DNA of 64,000 bases from a virus (taxonomy: Duplodnaviria; Caudoviricetes), in the IMG/VR virus record IMGVR_UViG_2728368993_000001, positions 50,818-114,817 of that record. One strand, given 5' to 3'. Of the stretch, positions 21,143 through 31,776 are shown one piece after another. The notes below the pieces were generated by a model. That model was not told where the DNA came from. It ran no database searches and was given only the letters and a program-made list of their open reading frames with translations. Every line of letters begins with the position of its first letter. The first letter of the stretch is position 1. The position numbers and the translations under genes are program-made.

Positions 21143-22245
21143 GTTATTATGTTGTTGTTGTATGAGTTTCCTCCTGAGTACGAACCCGGCGATGCCGTTA
21201 CAAAAATTTCCCCTTTATGTTGGAAAATACAGCATTGGCCGTAATCGCTATTTATATTCATAAAATCGAATGCTATTAATGGCTTCAAGGAAATTGTGTT
21301 ATTTGCGCTATTATATTTCCATCCGTTTATAAAAATTTTGCCAGTTGCCTGAGCGATCATATATATATTGCCATTGAAAGTGATAGTGTTGAATACCCAC
21401 CTACCCCTTCCCAAATAATCATCGACATTTAATTTCAAAGTCATTGTTTCTATATCAACAATGTTATTCTTGTCCGTTAACCATAAACTACCACTGATAT
21501 TTTTTATACCAATCACACCATATTGGTTTTTAAAGGCTGAAAAGAGTATGATATCCGATGAATTTTGCGCAGTGGTTTTCTTAGAGTTTTTACATGTTTT
21601 CTGCGCCATATCTATTTCGAATAAATATCCGTCATAAGAACTACTGTAGCTATAGTAAGCGCCGATTTTGAATATGTCTGAGTCCAGATCACGGAAAGCC
21701 GTTACTTCACCGCTTATTGTAGAATCTCCGTTCAACATGGTTATTGTTACTTTTGTCCATGTGACGGTCGTTAAAACGCTCGGTAGTTGAACATAGAAAT
21801 ATTCACTATTACTTGTCATACTTCCCGGAGCTAACACATGAAGAACATTTCTTTTATCTATCATAGTTACTACATTGTAATTTGACGCTCTCCCAAGCGT
21901 GAGAGCTTGATTCAAAACCATCGTTGTTGTTCTGTCGCTGTTTATTTTGAACGCTATTATCCTTGCTGTGGATCCACTGGTACTTAGCATAACGATAAAT
22001 TCATTGTTAGTTGTCGTATATACATTATTGAAATTTAGAATAGTGGGCATTTTCGGTTCCGTACTTAACGGATTATACATAGCGCCCTTATTTGCATTGT
22101 TCGACTTGTAAAAAATAGGGATTCCGAATCTTCTTGTTTCCTCGGCTGGGAGTAACCCGTAATCCGTTCGACCTTGTTCGTCTTGCAGTACCAAAAAACT
22201 AGGTAATTCTTTGTTTCCGATTCTAATGATATCACCTGTAGCCAT
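21094..22245 (-). CDS. Putative receptor-binding/tail protein
   Basis: 383-aa S/T/N beta-rich ORF in the fibre region. Confidence 0.7.
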   Translation of the reverse strand: MATGDIIRIGNKELPSFLVLQDEQGRTDYGLLPAEETRRFGIPIFYKSNNANKGAMYNPLSTEPKMPTILNFNNVYTTTNNEFIVMLSTSGSTARIIAFKINSDRTTTMVLNQALTLGRASNYNVVTMIDKRNVLHVLAPGSMTSNSEYFYVQLPSVLTTVTWTKVTITMLNGDSTISGEVTAFRDLDSDIFKIGAYYSYSSSYDGYLFEIDMAQKTCKNSKKTTAQNSSDIILFSAFKNQYGVIGIKNISGSLWLTDKNNIVDIETMTLKLNVDDYLGRGRWVFNTITFNGNIYMIAQATGKIFINGWKYNSANNTISLKPLIAFDFMNINSDYGQCCIFQHKGEIFVTASPGSYSGGNSYNNNIITCNITEKIKEAEVLNV

Positions 22246-22249
22246 ATGA

Positions 22250-22750
22250 TTAAACCTCCTTTAAAAATAGTCCGTTTTTATCAACGTGTAATGTGTATTT
22301 TTTTCCTGCGTAATCACCATCGCCAAGTGCAACACCGCCCACATTGGTAATGGCTTGTTTTACCCTTTGAGGGGTCATGTATTTATTGGTAGCCGTACCC
22401 GCTTCAGCTTCAGCTTGTGTCGCAATTCCGAAGTCTTGTACGTTCGTTAAACCAACCTGATCTTTCGTAACGGCGTGTGGGTTGTCTTTTTTATTGGCAT
22501 GAGCATCAGCTTTGTCATAGGCGGTTTTTACCGCTTTTGATGTGGCTGCCATTGTTTCGCTATCGCTTGATGTACTACTCGATAGCTGTACATGCCCCTT
22601 TTTTGTTGTTGACGCATTTTCAGCCTGATGTTCAGTAAAAGCCTTCTCTATATCATCGCCACTTCCTAAAAATGTTGTTTTTGCTTTAGCGTGTGGATAG
22701 TAGGAATTCCCCTCTGAATCTTCTATTCTAATATTTCTTTGTTCTGGCAT
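22250..22750 (-). CDS. Tail fibre protein
   Basis: ASTTKKGHVQLSS, AATSKAVK, NPHAVTKDQVGL fibre repeats. Confidence 0.85.
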   Translation of the reverse strand: MPEQRNIRIEDSEGNSYYPHAKAKTTFLGSGDDIEKAFTEHQAENASTTKKGHVQLSSSTSSDSETMAATSKAVKTAYDKADAHANKKDNPHAVTKDQVGLTNVQDFGIATQAEAEAGTATNKYMTPQRVKQAITNVGGVALGDGDYAGKKYTLHVDKNGLFLKEV

Positions 22751-22762
22751 AAATCATACCTC

Positions 22763-23395
22763 CTAAACCTTTTTGAAGAATAGACTGACTTGTGTTGCAC
22801 CGGCATAGGTTGTACCATATTTTAGATTTTCCCCAGAATCTCCTTTTTCCCCCTTGGGACCTTGGGATCCGGTTGCTCCCGTGTCACCTTTAGGTCCTTG
22901 AGGGCCAGTTGAACCAGAAGCACCAGTTGCTCCTGTCGGTCCTTGGGCTCCGGCGTCACCCTTTGGCCCTTGAATACCCGTGTCGCCCTTTATACCTTGA
23001 TCTCCTTTAAGACCTGGAATACCCTGCGCACCTGTGTCCCCTTTAGGGCCTTTAAAATTCCCTCGATTAGTCCATGCGGCAGCTCCTGTTTTTTCATAAA
23101 CGTCCCCATTTGTTGTGTTGAGAGCCCAATCCCCAACTACACCTAATCCTGTAGCAGGTGCTGCCGTTACATTAAAAAGTTTCGTTCCCGGAGTACCTGC
23201 TATCCCTTGCGCTCCAGTATCTCCTCTATCTCCCTTGTCCCCTTTTTGCAATACTAAACTTGAAATATAAGATTGAAGATCAGTTCCGTTGGCAAGAAGA
23301 ACAGCTTTTGCTTCTGTTTCTGGAATTACTGTTTCTATTACACTTCCTGTATTCGGGTCTAATAATTGGATCTGAACGATATTTCTTGCCATCAA
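22763..23395 (-). CDS. Collagen-like tail fibre protein
   Basis: Long Gly-X-Y runs (GPKGDTG). Confidence 0.9.
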   Translation of the reverse strand: MMARNIVQIQLLDPNTGSVIETVIPETEAKAVLLANGTDLQSYISSLVLQKGDKGDRGDTGAQGIAGTPGTKLFNVTAAPATGLGVVGDWALNTTNGDVYEKTGAAAWTNRGNFKGPKGDTGAQGIPGLKGDQGIKGDTGIQGPKGDAGAQGPTGATGASGSTGPQGPKGDTGATGSQGPKGEKGDSGENLKYGTTYAGATQVSLFFKKV

Positions 23396-23402
23396 ATTCC
23401 CT

Positions 23403-23753
23403 CTATTCTTTGAATTTTATCCCCATCATTGGGCTTACTTGAATATTTTCACTGGTTCCAATTGGATTTGCGTCAGTTATATGGAAGTAAAAAGAACCTT
23501 CCTTGCGATTTTGGATTGACGGAGGGTTACTAGTTATTATTATTTTATCTTTCAGTTTCTGCGTTATTTCCGTCTTATGCGTAGCAAGCTCTTCTTTCCT
23601 AGCAAGTTCACTGAGATCAATATTTTCAGCCTTTTCATCAATTGCTTTTAATGCAGCATCAACTTTATCTAAATTTTTATTTACGACTGCTACATCATAA
23701 AATTCTAATGGGTCTTGCTTTACTAAATTATAATTCGTTGTGTTTGTTGCCAT
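23403..23753 (-). CDS. Tail fibre N-terminal-type protein
   Basis: TTNYNLVK...NKNLDKVDAALK. Confidence 0.75.
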   Translation of the reverse strand: MATNTTNYNLVKQDPLEFYDVAVVNKNLDKVDAALKAIDEKAENIDLSELARKEELATHKTEITQKLKDKIIITSNPPSIQNRKEGSFYFHITDANPIGTSENIQVSPMMGIKFKE

Positions 23754-24301
23754 TAAGTAAGCACCTCGTTTCTTAATTGCTCATGTGTGTAGGCTGCTAG
23801 TTGAGAATGTGTATATTTTGCTAATGTAATATGTTGATTGTATAAAAGGCTTAAATCAATAATTAGGTTTGCAGGAACAATCCTATTAAGGAGATTACCA
23901 ACATCCTGAAAGTTTGATTTTGCAGTTAAAGCTATACGAACTTTTAATTTATAGTTGTTATGATCTAGCACTAATGAATAACCATCTTCACCACAAAGAT
24001 TAACGAGTTGCCTTGTGAGTGTTCGTAATGTATTAGGCAACTGCTCGTTCATCCTAACTAAAATCCTAAACTTTCGATCTTCTAACGTATCCGCACCTTT
24101 TGGAGTGATATTCATTATTTTTTCACGTCGTTGGACACCATTCGATGATGATGTGCTTATAAACTGATCATCTTTAAGTTGGTTTATGGCTGATATAATA
24201 TCGTCAATTTCTCGTTTTTCAACATTCGATAATACTTGATATTCCTTTACCTCATGCAAAATGGGGGGCAGGTAATTTAATAAATCAATGTCTCTATCCA
24301 C
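23753..24301 (-). CDS. xkdU: XkdU/DUF2313 baseplate protein
   Basis: YLPP, TLEDRKFRI, IVPANL. Confidence 0.85.
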   Translation of the reverse strand: MDRDIDLLNYLPPILHEVKEYQVLSNVEKREIDDIISAINQLKDDQFISTSSSNGVQRREKIMNITPKGADTLEDRKFRILVRMNEQLPNTLRTLTRQLVNLCGEDGYSLVLDHNNYKLKVRIALTAKSNFQDVGNLLNRIVPANLIIDLSLLYNQHITLAKYTHSQLAAYTHEQLRNEVLT

Positions 24302-25349
24302 TCACAGTCCCCCTTATAGGGATATTATCCGGTTCCAGTACAATATTTTGCTGAGCTCCATTAATCGTCGTATTCATGATATCTATGACTCCTGTTACAT
24401 TTAACAATCTAGTCTCAATCTGACTATTGCGGACTACGAGGTTATCCGAGTCCGCCCAAGTCTCGGCAAGTTCAATAAAATATTCATCTATTACAGAACA
24501 TAATGATGATTCTACATCGTCCCAAATCCAGCCATCTTGTAGGGTCACATTAGTGGCAATGTTTAATATCGTTTCTGAAACTCCAACTACAGTAACGATA
24601 TGCCCGATTGGAGCAATACCAACACCTTCCCCTTGATTTGTCAGAGGGTCAATTGCCATTTGCACTTGATCTATCAATACAGAACTCGGCTTCTGGAAAT
24701 CAGAATTAATGATTATTAACTTAACAGCTCCGCCGCCATTCCATGCACGATAGACTTTGACACCACCGACACCGGGTAACTCATTTGTTTTTTCTTTATA
24801 ATCAGCAATATTACCGCCAAACGCTTGCGAATCGAAACTATTAAAATATTTATTTCTTAGTGAAGCATTATCTTCTTCATCTTCACCTGGCACAAGCAAC
24901 TCGGTTAATCGGGCATCGGTTAAATCATCAATATATTCAATAGGAATCAGGTTCCCTAGAAGTAAATTCGGTTCCGCACCTTCCGTTTCACATTCCATTT
25001 TAAAAACCCCATCACTAATTTTTTCTCTAACCACATAGTTATAATTCTCTAAAGAAAAACGAGATTCAATAGGTACATCAATATTAAAAACACCTTTGAA
25101 TATTGCGTGAGTTGCTGGATCAGGAGTAATACCACGCTCTGCACATCGTCGTATTAAATACTCGTCTTCGGCCGTATCGGCAAACGTTTGATCATATGTG
25201 TAATCTATTTCAGCATATATATTACACACTTCGATAGCTGCAGGGGAAAGTGCATTCCAAATAATCGAACCTTCTCGCTTATCAACATCATCCGGGACCT
25301 CATCGAGCATTCTTTGCATAACCAGATCAAATGTTATGTGCTCGTACAT
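24294..25349 (-). CDS. xkdT: Baseplate J/gp47 (XkdT)
   Basis: DKREGSII, FGGNIADYK, GIAPIGH. Confidence 0.93.
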   Translation of the reverse strand: MYEHITFDLVMQRMLDEVPDDVDKREGSIIWNALSPAAIEVCNIYAEIDYTYDQTFADTAEDEYLIRRCAERGITPDPATHAIFKGVFNIDVPIESRFSLENYNYVVREKISDGVFKMECETEGAEPNLLLGNLIPIEYIDDLTDARLTELLVPGEDEEDNASLRNKYFNSFDSQAFGGNIADYKEKTNELPGVGGVKVYRAWNGGGAVKLIIINSDFQKPSSVLIDQVQMAIDPLTNQGEGVGIAPIGHIVTVVGVSETILNIATNVTLQDGWIWDDVESSLCSVIDEYFIELAETWADSDNLVVRNSQIETRLLNVTGVIDIMNTTINGAQQNIVLEPDNIPIRGTVSG

Positions 25350-25762
25350 TAGATATTCACCGTCCTCTCAGCTCCAAAATCACCAAATATGGTGTTAACG
25401 GTAAATGTAAGAAAAATAGATTTCTTTTGCACATCAAAAGAAAAAGCATCAACTCCAAAGATTCTGTCATCTTGTGTTAACGCCTCATATATTCTCCTTT
25501 TTAATTCGGGGATTACATATGAGGTAGGTTCCCCATATAAATCATGAAGTTCTATTCCGTAGTTCCACGAATAGATAATATGCTCATATCGCTCTGTATT
25601 CAGAATTAAATAAACAGCCTGTTTAACTGCTTCTAAACCATCTACAAAACCTAAAATAATATTTTTATTTAAATCTATAAAATACGATTTAGTAGGTTGT
25701 TCCTCTATTTCAAAATCATCTTGTAAATCATCATAGTCATTATTAGGAATCATCATAATCAC
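25349..25762 (-). CDS. xkdS: XkdS/DUF2634 baseplate wedge
   Basis: LNTERY, IYSWNYG, EALTQDDRI. Confidence 0.9.
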   Translation of the reverse strand: MIMMIPNNDYDDLQDDFEIEEQPTKSYFIDLNKNIILGFVDGLEAVKQAVYLILNTERYEHIIYSWNYGIELHDLYGEPTSYVIPELKRRIYEALTQDDRIFGVDAFSFDVQKKSIFLTFTVNTIFGDFGAERTVNI

Positions 25763-26025
25763 ATCCGATCTAAGACAACGAACAATTGCCCTTTTTGTTG
25801 CCGCAGTAAAATTACACTGTCACCTTCTTCAAGTGGTTGTTCCGTTTCAAATCGACTAGGTATAATCAAATGGATAGCCTCTAAATTTAATTTTTGCTCA
25901 ACATTAATTTGTAAAGGATTATCACTAATAACAGTACCAAATACAACAGCAGTCGGTTTGGAATCTTCAATCACATTTAAAGCTATCTTCTTAATTAGAT
26001 CAACTAGGTTAGGCAATAAACTCAC
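25759..26025 (-). CDS. XkdR/DUF2577 spike-type protein
   Basis: FGTVISDNPL, GDSVILLRQQKGQLFVVLD. Confidence 0.85.
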   Translation of the reverse strand: MSLLPNLVDLIKKIALNVIEDSKPTAVVFGTVISDNPLQINVEQKLNLEAIHLIIPSRFETEQPLEEGDSVILLRQQKGQLFVVLDRM

Positions 26026-28045
26026 CGCCCCTTAATGTCAAATTCATGTAATGCTCGTCATCTTCATAAAGATGCTTGACCTTTTCAACAAGCATATAAT
26101 TATTTGTTACTAAATCCCCTAGACTTAAACGGACAGCTATTAAACTACCGCCACGTACACGCCAGTCTCCCAAAGCATTATTTATTGTAAGATTACGAGT
26201 TTTTTGATTAAGTAATGCTAGTAAGGCATTCGCTTTTACATTCCCATTCATGTTGTTATCGATCTTTTCATAATGTTGCAGGACACCCCAGCTATTCATG
26301 TTAGCTCCATGCTGAGCGATATAAATTTCACGTACACCTTTTTCTTTATTTTCAAATGAAAGTTTGATTTTATTATAGGTTTGTTCGTCAATTGATGTGG
26401 AATAAGTAAAATTCTCTCCCGTTTCTTCATCAATCAGAAGATCCAATTTCATTTTGCTGATACCTTTTAATGTTAGTTTTCCAAAATCATCATAAAGTAC
26501 GTACATTCTCGACTTGGAAACAAGCGTATCATCCAAAGCACCTTGAATAATATCAAATAAAGTCTTGTTGTCCTCGATTTTAGAAGCAATCTTATACGCT
26601 GTATTTTCAAGGCTACCAACATTCAAACGGAAATCATTTGCAATCATACTTATCACTTCATCCGCACGCTTATTAGCATACACATACGTATCTTTGTTTT
26701 TAAAATATCTTAGCTGGTCATAGGCTGTCACTTGAATATGATGATCTTTATCTCTTTTTTTCGTGAAGACAAAGCCATAAAAGATTTTTATGCCATTAAT
26801 TATCAAACGGACAGGGTCACCCTCTTGTACAGATATCCCATTGTCTTTAACGACGGTAAACTTTAATATACCTGGGGAACCCTTCCGTTCAGTTTCCCAA
26901 GTAATTTCATCTTTTAGCATAGGCAAAAAAATCTGAGATTTGCTTAGAATGATTAGTTCCACCGTATCTTTTGTAACTGAACCAGAATAATTTAATAATA
27001 AATTATCTCGTTTTTGCATGGATTGCCCTGTCGTATAATTTACTGTACTAGTAATAGGTTTATTTGCTGTTGTGGAAGTGCTAGATGAACTTGATGCGGT
27101 TCCTCCAGTTGCACCCGCTGATGCTGACGAACCACTTTCTATATACCTAATAACCGCACATATTTTTGTAGTATTGTAGGAAATGCTGCCTTTAATAACA
27201 CCTTTAGTTTTATTCGCAGCATGAATAATGCCGCCATCAGTATTAACGGCAGCAACATGAGTGATTTTATTCGATCTAGATGTACCACTATCTGTGTTAT
27301 AAAAAATAATATCCCCTGATCTAACTCCTATACTACTTAAAATATTCGATGGGGATGGGAGATTTTTTCCGACTTTGGTATAACTGCTTGGATATAACAA
27401 AGAAAAACCTTTAGCATAGACCTCCTCACTTGAAGTCGTTACAGCTCTACCGTTATCCTTATGCACAAGATTTACTCCTGCTGATTGAAAAGCACGGTAA
27501 ATAAAACTGGAGCAGTCAAAGCTATTTGCCCCAAACCTATTCGCTTGGCTATAAGCCTTCCCTAATTGCTGGTTCATGTATTTTAATACTTGATCTATAA
27601 TAGTTACCGATTTAACAGATGTTTTCGTTGCTGCTGTTGATGCTTTATTGTCATACTGATCCAATTTATATTTTTGTATGGTACTAATTAACTTAGATGT
27701 ATAATTAGGATCTTCCGCATATCCGGCCTGATAAACATATCTACATGCCATTTTATAATCAGTACAATCTATAAGGTTCTTATACCGACTTTGCCTTAAA
27801 AATAGACCTGAATGATCAGATATGCTTTCTGACCATGAATTATACTTTCTATATCCATTGTAAGATTTCCCGTTATAAGTACCTTTCATCCCAAATAAAT
27901 TATTCGCATTTTTAGCTAAATTACTACTACCAAACCCACTTTCAAGGCAAGCTTGAGCTAAAGTTAGACTTGCTAATATACCCGTCCTTTCCATATCAGC
28001 AACAACGATTGGAGCAATTGTATTAATAAAATTACTTGCGCTCAA
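26009..28045 (-). CDS. XkdQ-like baseplate hub fused to glucosaminidase and NlpC/P60 domains
   Basis: AQACLESGFG/NNLFGMK/GYAEDP; FDCSS...HV...IIHA; AYDQLRYFKNKDT. Confidence 0.88.
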   Translation of the reverse strand: MSASNFINTIAPIVVADMERTGILASLTLAQACLESGFGSSNLAKNANNLFGMKGTYNGKSYNGYRKYNSWSESISDHSGLFLRQSRYKNLIDCTDYKMACRYVYQAGYAEDPNYTSKLISTIQKYKLDQYDNKASTAATKTSVKSVTIIDQVLKYMNQQLGKAYSQANRFGANSFDCSSFIYRAFQSAGVNLVHKDNGRAVTTSSEEVYAKGFSLLYPSSYTKVGKNLPSPSNILSSIGVRSGDIIFYNTDSGTSRSNKITHVAAVNTDGGIIHAANKTKGVIKGSISYNTTKICAVIRYIESGSSASAGATGGTASSSSSTSTTANKPITSTVNYTTGQSMQKRDNLLLNYSGSVTKDTVELIILSKSQIFLPMLKDEITWETERKGSPGILKFTVVKDNGISVQEGDPVRLIINGIKIFYGFVFTKKRDKDHHIQVTAYDQLRYFKNKDTYVYANKRADEVISMIANDFRLNVGSLENTAYKIASKIEDNKTLFDIIQGALDDTLVSKSRMYVLYDDFGKLTLKGISKMKLDLLIDEETGENFTYSTSIDEQTYNKIKLSFENKEKGVREIYIAQHGANMNSWGVLQHYEKIDNNMNGNVKANALLALLNQKTRNLTINNALGDWRVRGGSLIAVRLSLGDLVTNNYMLVEKVKHLYEDDEHYMNLTLRGGEFIA

Positions 28046-28060
28046 TTCGTCACCTCATTT

Positions 28061-28726
28061 CTAACTTAACTTTATAATCTGTCCGGGATATATTTTGCTT
28101 GGGTCACTTATTTTATTTAATTTTGCTATCTCTTTATATTTATTGCCATCACCTAGATACTTTTTGCAGATATTAAATAAAGAATCGCCTTTTTGGACTT
28201 TATAAGTCTTAACAGTAGGCTTATTTGTAGTAGGCCTGTTAGTAGTGGTGGAACTGACAGCTTTACTAGTTGTTGTAGCTGCTTTTTTAATAACAAACTT
28301 TTTGGTGGAATAAGGTTTGAATTGTTTGAGATTAAACGAAATGATCAGGTCCATACCTTCTTCTGCATCTTCGTCAATGCTGTAATCTTCAAGAGATACA
28401 GTTAGATTCGTATCGAATAAATGCTTGCCACCAGGTGAAGTTCTTGTAACTATAAATTGAAACGGCTTTTGACTTAGTTTTAATTTCTCGATAATCCCTA
28501 AATAATAAGCAGCATCTTTGAATCCATCCTTATAGATTGCGAATGGATAACGTACTTGCGGAATCATTGCTTTGAATTCAACATCGGTTAATCCAGCTGA
28601 TTTCAAAATATTAACCTCACCATGATTGATGAGGTTAATCGTTTTGTTCTGATTATTAATATTAGTAGTGATTCGTGATGGGGTAACAGGCAACGGGACC
28701 TTATCTAAATACACAACATATGGCAT
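28061..28726 (-). CDS. XkdP-like LysM tail protein
   Basis: LPVTPS N-terminus; YKVQKGDSL...IYPGQ LysM. Confidence 0.9.
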   Translation of the reverse strand: MPYVVYLDKVPLPVTPSRITTNINNQNKTINLINHGEVNILKSAGLTDVEFKAMIPQVRYPFAIYKDGFKDAAYYLGIIEKLKLSQKPFQFIVTRTSPGGKHLFDTNLTVSLEDYSIDEDAEEGMDLIISFNLKQFKPYSTKKFVIKKAATTTSKAVSSTTTNRPTTNKPTVKTYKVQKGDSLFNICKKYLGDGNKYKEIAKLNKISDPSKIYPGQIIKLS

Positions 28727-30957
28727 TAAATATGATCTCCTTCCGCAGCGATGCTCATTTTTTCATAAATTGTTTGTTCTAAATGGGCAACTACGCCATC
28801 AAGGTCTAATTCGCTGTTAATATTGTTTTGCATACCACTCATATCAACCTTGATCTCAGCTGTGGTAAAACGGTTTACAACTTCTTGTTCTGCCAAGTCA
28901 CGTAGGTATTTAAGGTCCTCTTCTGTCGCTTCCATAGATTTTGCCATTTTAGCAGTATTAGCCGCTGTTTTAGCGCCATCTTTCCCCACTTTATCCAGCT
29001 TGTCGGCAACAGGTGAATTTGCTCCACTCACTCCTGCAACCTTACCCATTAAGTCCTCAAAAGTACTGCCAATATCAAGCGCACCGCTTAATTTATCCGC
29101 AACACCTGACCCCCAATTGTAACCAGTATTATAGGCATTACCAATACTCTTCATACTCATTTTTGGAGCTTCCCAGTAACCAGATGGAGCATCTCCGACC
29201 CAATTATTAATGCCGTTTTTCAAATGTGATAGATTACTAGTGATGGATGATTGGTATGATATTGTGGTCCCTTTCCCTATGTTTAGAAAATCCTTAATCG
29301 AGTCTGGTAAAATACTAGTAAAAGCGTTCCACGCTTTAATGGCAATATTCACTGCAGCAATAATCGCATTTACAAAATTTGTTGCAAATGTATCCCATCC
29401 GTTTGTCATGGAAATTGCCATATCAAGAACATTGGTTGTAAAGTTAGCAAACAATCTTTTTGCAGAATAAATCGGATGATTCCACACGTTCACGAAAAAT
29501 TCAGCAATAGAGGCAAACAAGTTCCACCAAAATGCTACTTGATTGTAAATTGTTGCTCCCAAGGCAGTGAAATACCCTGCTATCATTCCTGTTGCCGAGT
29601 AGGATGTTCCTGCAAATTTATTTATAGCTGCTACTGCAAGGTAAATTACAGCGATAATAGCAATAATCCCAATAATAATCCATGTAATAGGACAAGCATA
29701 TAACGCTGCGTTCAACCCATACTGTGCAGCAGTTTGCATAAATGTTGCTCCAGTAGCCATCATTGCCGCTGCTGCTTGACCAGCAGTTCTTATAGCTAAA
29801 ATAGAATTCCATACTGCAACACCGATTAACGCAGCCTTATGTGCAATTAATACGCCCGTGTATACTCCTAAAACAGAAATAAGCCCCCATACAATAGGTG
29901 CAATTAACGACCAATTATCATACATAAATCCACCAATTGTCATAATTACAGAAAGTACTAAAGTAGCCACATCCGCAAACATATATAAGGAGTTTGTTAT
30001 ACCATTTATGAAACCATGGAATTTATCGCTGTTTGCTATGTCATTGATCTGCTGTAAGACAGACTGAAAAGCCCATAATGCATTATTCTGAAAACTAGTC
30101 CATATTTGTTCAAAAGTAAGAGGCATTGAGTTGAACTTATCATTTATTTCGTCAGTGGCAGCAAACATCGCTTTCTTCACAATGTCAGCAGTAATTTGTC
30201 CTTCTCCAGCCATTTCTCTAATCTTACCAATCGGAACTTCTAAGTAATCAGCAATGGTATGAATGATATTTGGAGCGTGCTCAAAAATACTGTTAAGTTC
30301 CTGACCTCTTAAAACTCCACCACCAAGGGCCTGAGTCAGTTGGATTGTGGCGTTTTTCATACCATCAGCACTTGTACCAGCGATACCAAATTGCTTGTTA
30401 AGTAACTCACCAAACATTACAACTTCACTATTAGATGAAAATGCATCTCCCGCATTCATCGCTAATTTCCCAACCAAATCAGCAGTATCTGAATACACTC
30501 CATAAGATCGTTGAGCAGAGTCGAAAATCATTCTTTGTAATTCAGCAGTAGTTTGTAATCCATCATTAACCATTTCTAGACGGGCAGTTGTGTTAGTTAA
30601 CTCATCAGATAGTGCGATAACATTACCACCAGCCTGAAATGAAAGATAAGTCGCAGCAACTGCTGCTAATTTGGACAAGAGACCATTTGCAGCAGATGTA
30701 CCGTCCCTTATATTATTATTGAAGCGTTGCTGTTGTTGATCTGCTTCACGGATTTCGCTTTCAATTCGATCAAAAGCTGATTCTGCTCTTTGTAATTCTT
30801 GCCTTGCCGCCTGAATACTTGCTGTATCAATCGCATTACTTGATGCCCTTTGTAGACTCTCAAACGAACTCAATACTATATTCATCGCATTATTCATAGA
30901 CTTAAAAGCCGGGGACATACCATCATATATTTGAATTGCAGTCCTTATAGTAGCCAA
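28726..30957 (-). CDS. Tape measure protein
   Basis: QLTQALGGGVLRGQELNSIFE; DLKYLRDLAEQEVVNRFTT. Confidence 0.93.
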   Translation of the reverse strand: MATIRTAIQIYDGMSPAFKSMNNAMNIVLSSFESLQRASSNAIDTASIQAARQELQRAESAFDRIESEIREADQQQQRFNNNIRDGTSAANGLLSKLAAVAATYLSFQAGGNVIALSDELTNTTARLEMVNDGLQTTAELQRMIFDSAQRSYGVYSDTADLVGKLAMNAGDAFSSNSEVVMFGELLNKQFGIAGTSADGMKNATIQLTQALGGGVLRGQELNSIFEHAPNIIHTIADYLEVPIGKIREMAGEGQITADIVKKAMFAATDEINDKFNSMPLTFEQIWTSFQNNALWAFQSVLQQINDIANSDKFHGFINGITNSLYMFADVATLVLSVIMTIGGFMYDNWSLIAPIVWGLISVLGVYTGVLIAHKAALIGVAVWNSILAIRTAGQAAAAMMATGATFMQTAAQYGLNAALYACPITWIIIGIIAIIAVIYLAVAAINKFAGTSYSATGMIAGYFTALGATIYNQVAFWWNLFASIAEFFVNVWNHPIYSAKRLFANFTTNVLDMAISMTNGWDTFATNFVNAIIAAVNIAIKAWNAFTSILPDSIKDFLNIGKGTTISYQSSITSNLSHLKNGINNWVGDAPSGYWEAPKMSMKSIGNAYNTGYNWGSGVADKLSGALDIGSTFEDLMGKVAGVSGANSPVADKLDKVGKDGAKTAANTAKMAKSMEATEEDLKYLRDLAEQEVVNRFTTAEIKVDMSGMQNNINSELDLDGVVAHLEQTIYEKMSIAAEGDHI

Positions 30958-30991
30958 TTAAACCACCTACTTAAATTAAAAAAACGCAACA

Positions 30992-31381
30992 TTAAGTCGC
31001 GTTTAAATGTTTTTTAATATACAAAACCCATCTGTCTATTCCGTCTAAATAATCTTGAAGTGTACCTTCCAAAGTTTCATATTCATATAAATCTATTAAT
31101 ATTTGCATCCATGTTTTTCTTCCTTGCAACTTCACTTTCCCGATAGGATAAGTAATATAATTCACATCAATTGCTTTATTACTCATTCTTCTTAACGTCA
31201 AATTCTTTGTTTCGCCATTTTGAGAAAGCCTTAGTATTAAATGATGAATAAATTGCTTTTCTTCTTCAGAGATCTCACAATATTTACTTTCCCTTAATTC
31301 TCTTGTAACCATATCATAGATGTCCAAATTAACTCCGATATGCTTAACTTTAGCTTTCTTAGAAAATAACTTAAACAACAT
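30992..31381 (-). CDS. Hypothetical moron protein
   Basis: ORF between chaperone and tape measure. Confidence 0.7.
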   Translation of the reverse strand: MLFKLFSKKAKVKHIGVNLDIYDMVTRELRESKYCEISEEEKQFIHHLILRLSQNGETKNLTLRRMSNKAIDVNYITYPIGKVKLQGRKTWMQILIDLYEYETLEGTLQDYLDGIDRWVLYIKKHLNAT

Positions 31382-31383
31382 AA

Positions 31384-31725
31384 TCAGAACAGCCTTTGGA
31401 TTAAAGCTTTGTATAATTTCTCATCAATCTCTATAAGACTTTTGTTTCCATCATTAAATTCAATTGCAATGACATGAGTTCCTTTTGTTTTAGCTGTTAA
31501 GCCTGCTAATAATCCAACAGGTCCCAATAAAGCACCACCTACTAACCCTCTCGCAATTCCACTAGTTGCACTCTTTCGATGATCCTCTGTAATAACTTCG
31601 TAATTGGCTACATTTTCTTTCGTCAATTCAATTGGAGTGCTCGGTGTAGCATAAATACCAGGAGTTACAAATCCCATTACCATACTACCCTCATATTCTC
31701 CAGCAATAACTTTATTTCGTGCCAT
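31384..31725 (-). CDS. Glycine-zipper moron protein
   Basis: RGLVGGALLGPVGLLAGL; GGAGG RBS. Confidence 0.75.
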   Translation of the reverse strand: MARNKVIAGEYEGSMVMGFVTPGIYATPSTPIELTKENVANYEVITEDHRKSATSGIARGLVGGALLGPVGLLAGLTAKTKGTHVIAIEFNDGNKSLIEIDEKLYKALIQRLF

Positions 31726-31776
31726 GTTTAACCCCTCCTATTCCATAAGTATACAAAAAAGGGAGGGATCATTCTA

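Noticed and set aside
22763-23395. DNA repeat element or DGR
   Set aside because: Explained by Gly-X-Y collagen coding; no reverse transcriptase in the window
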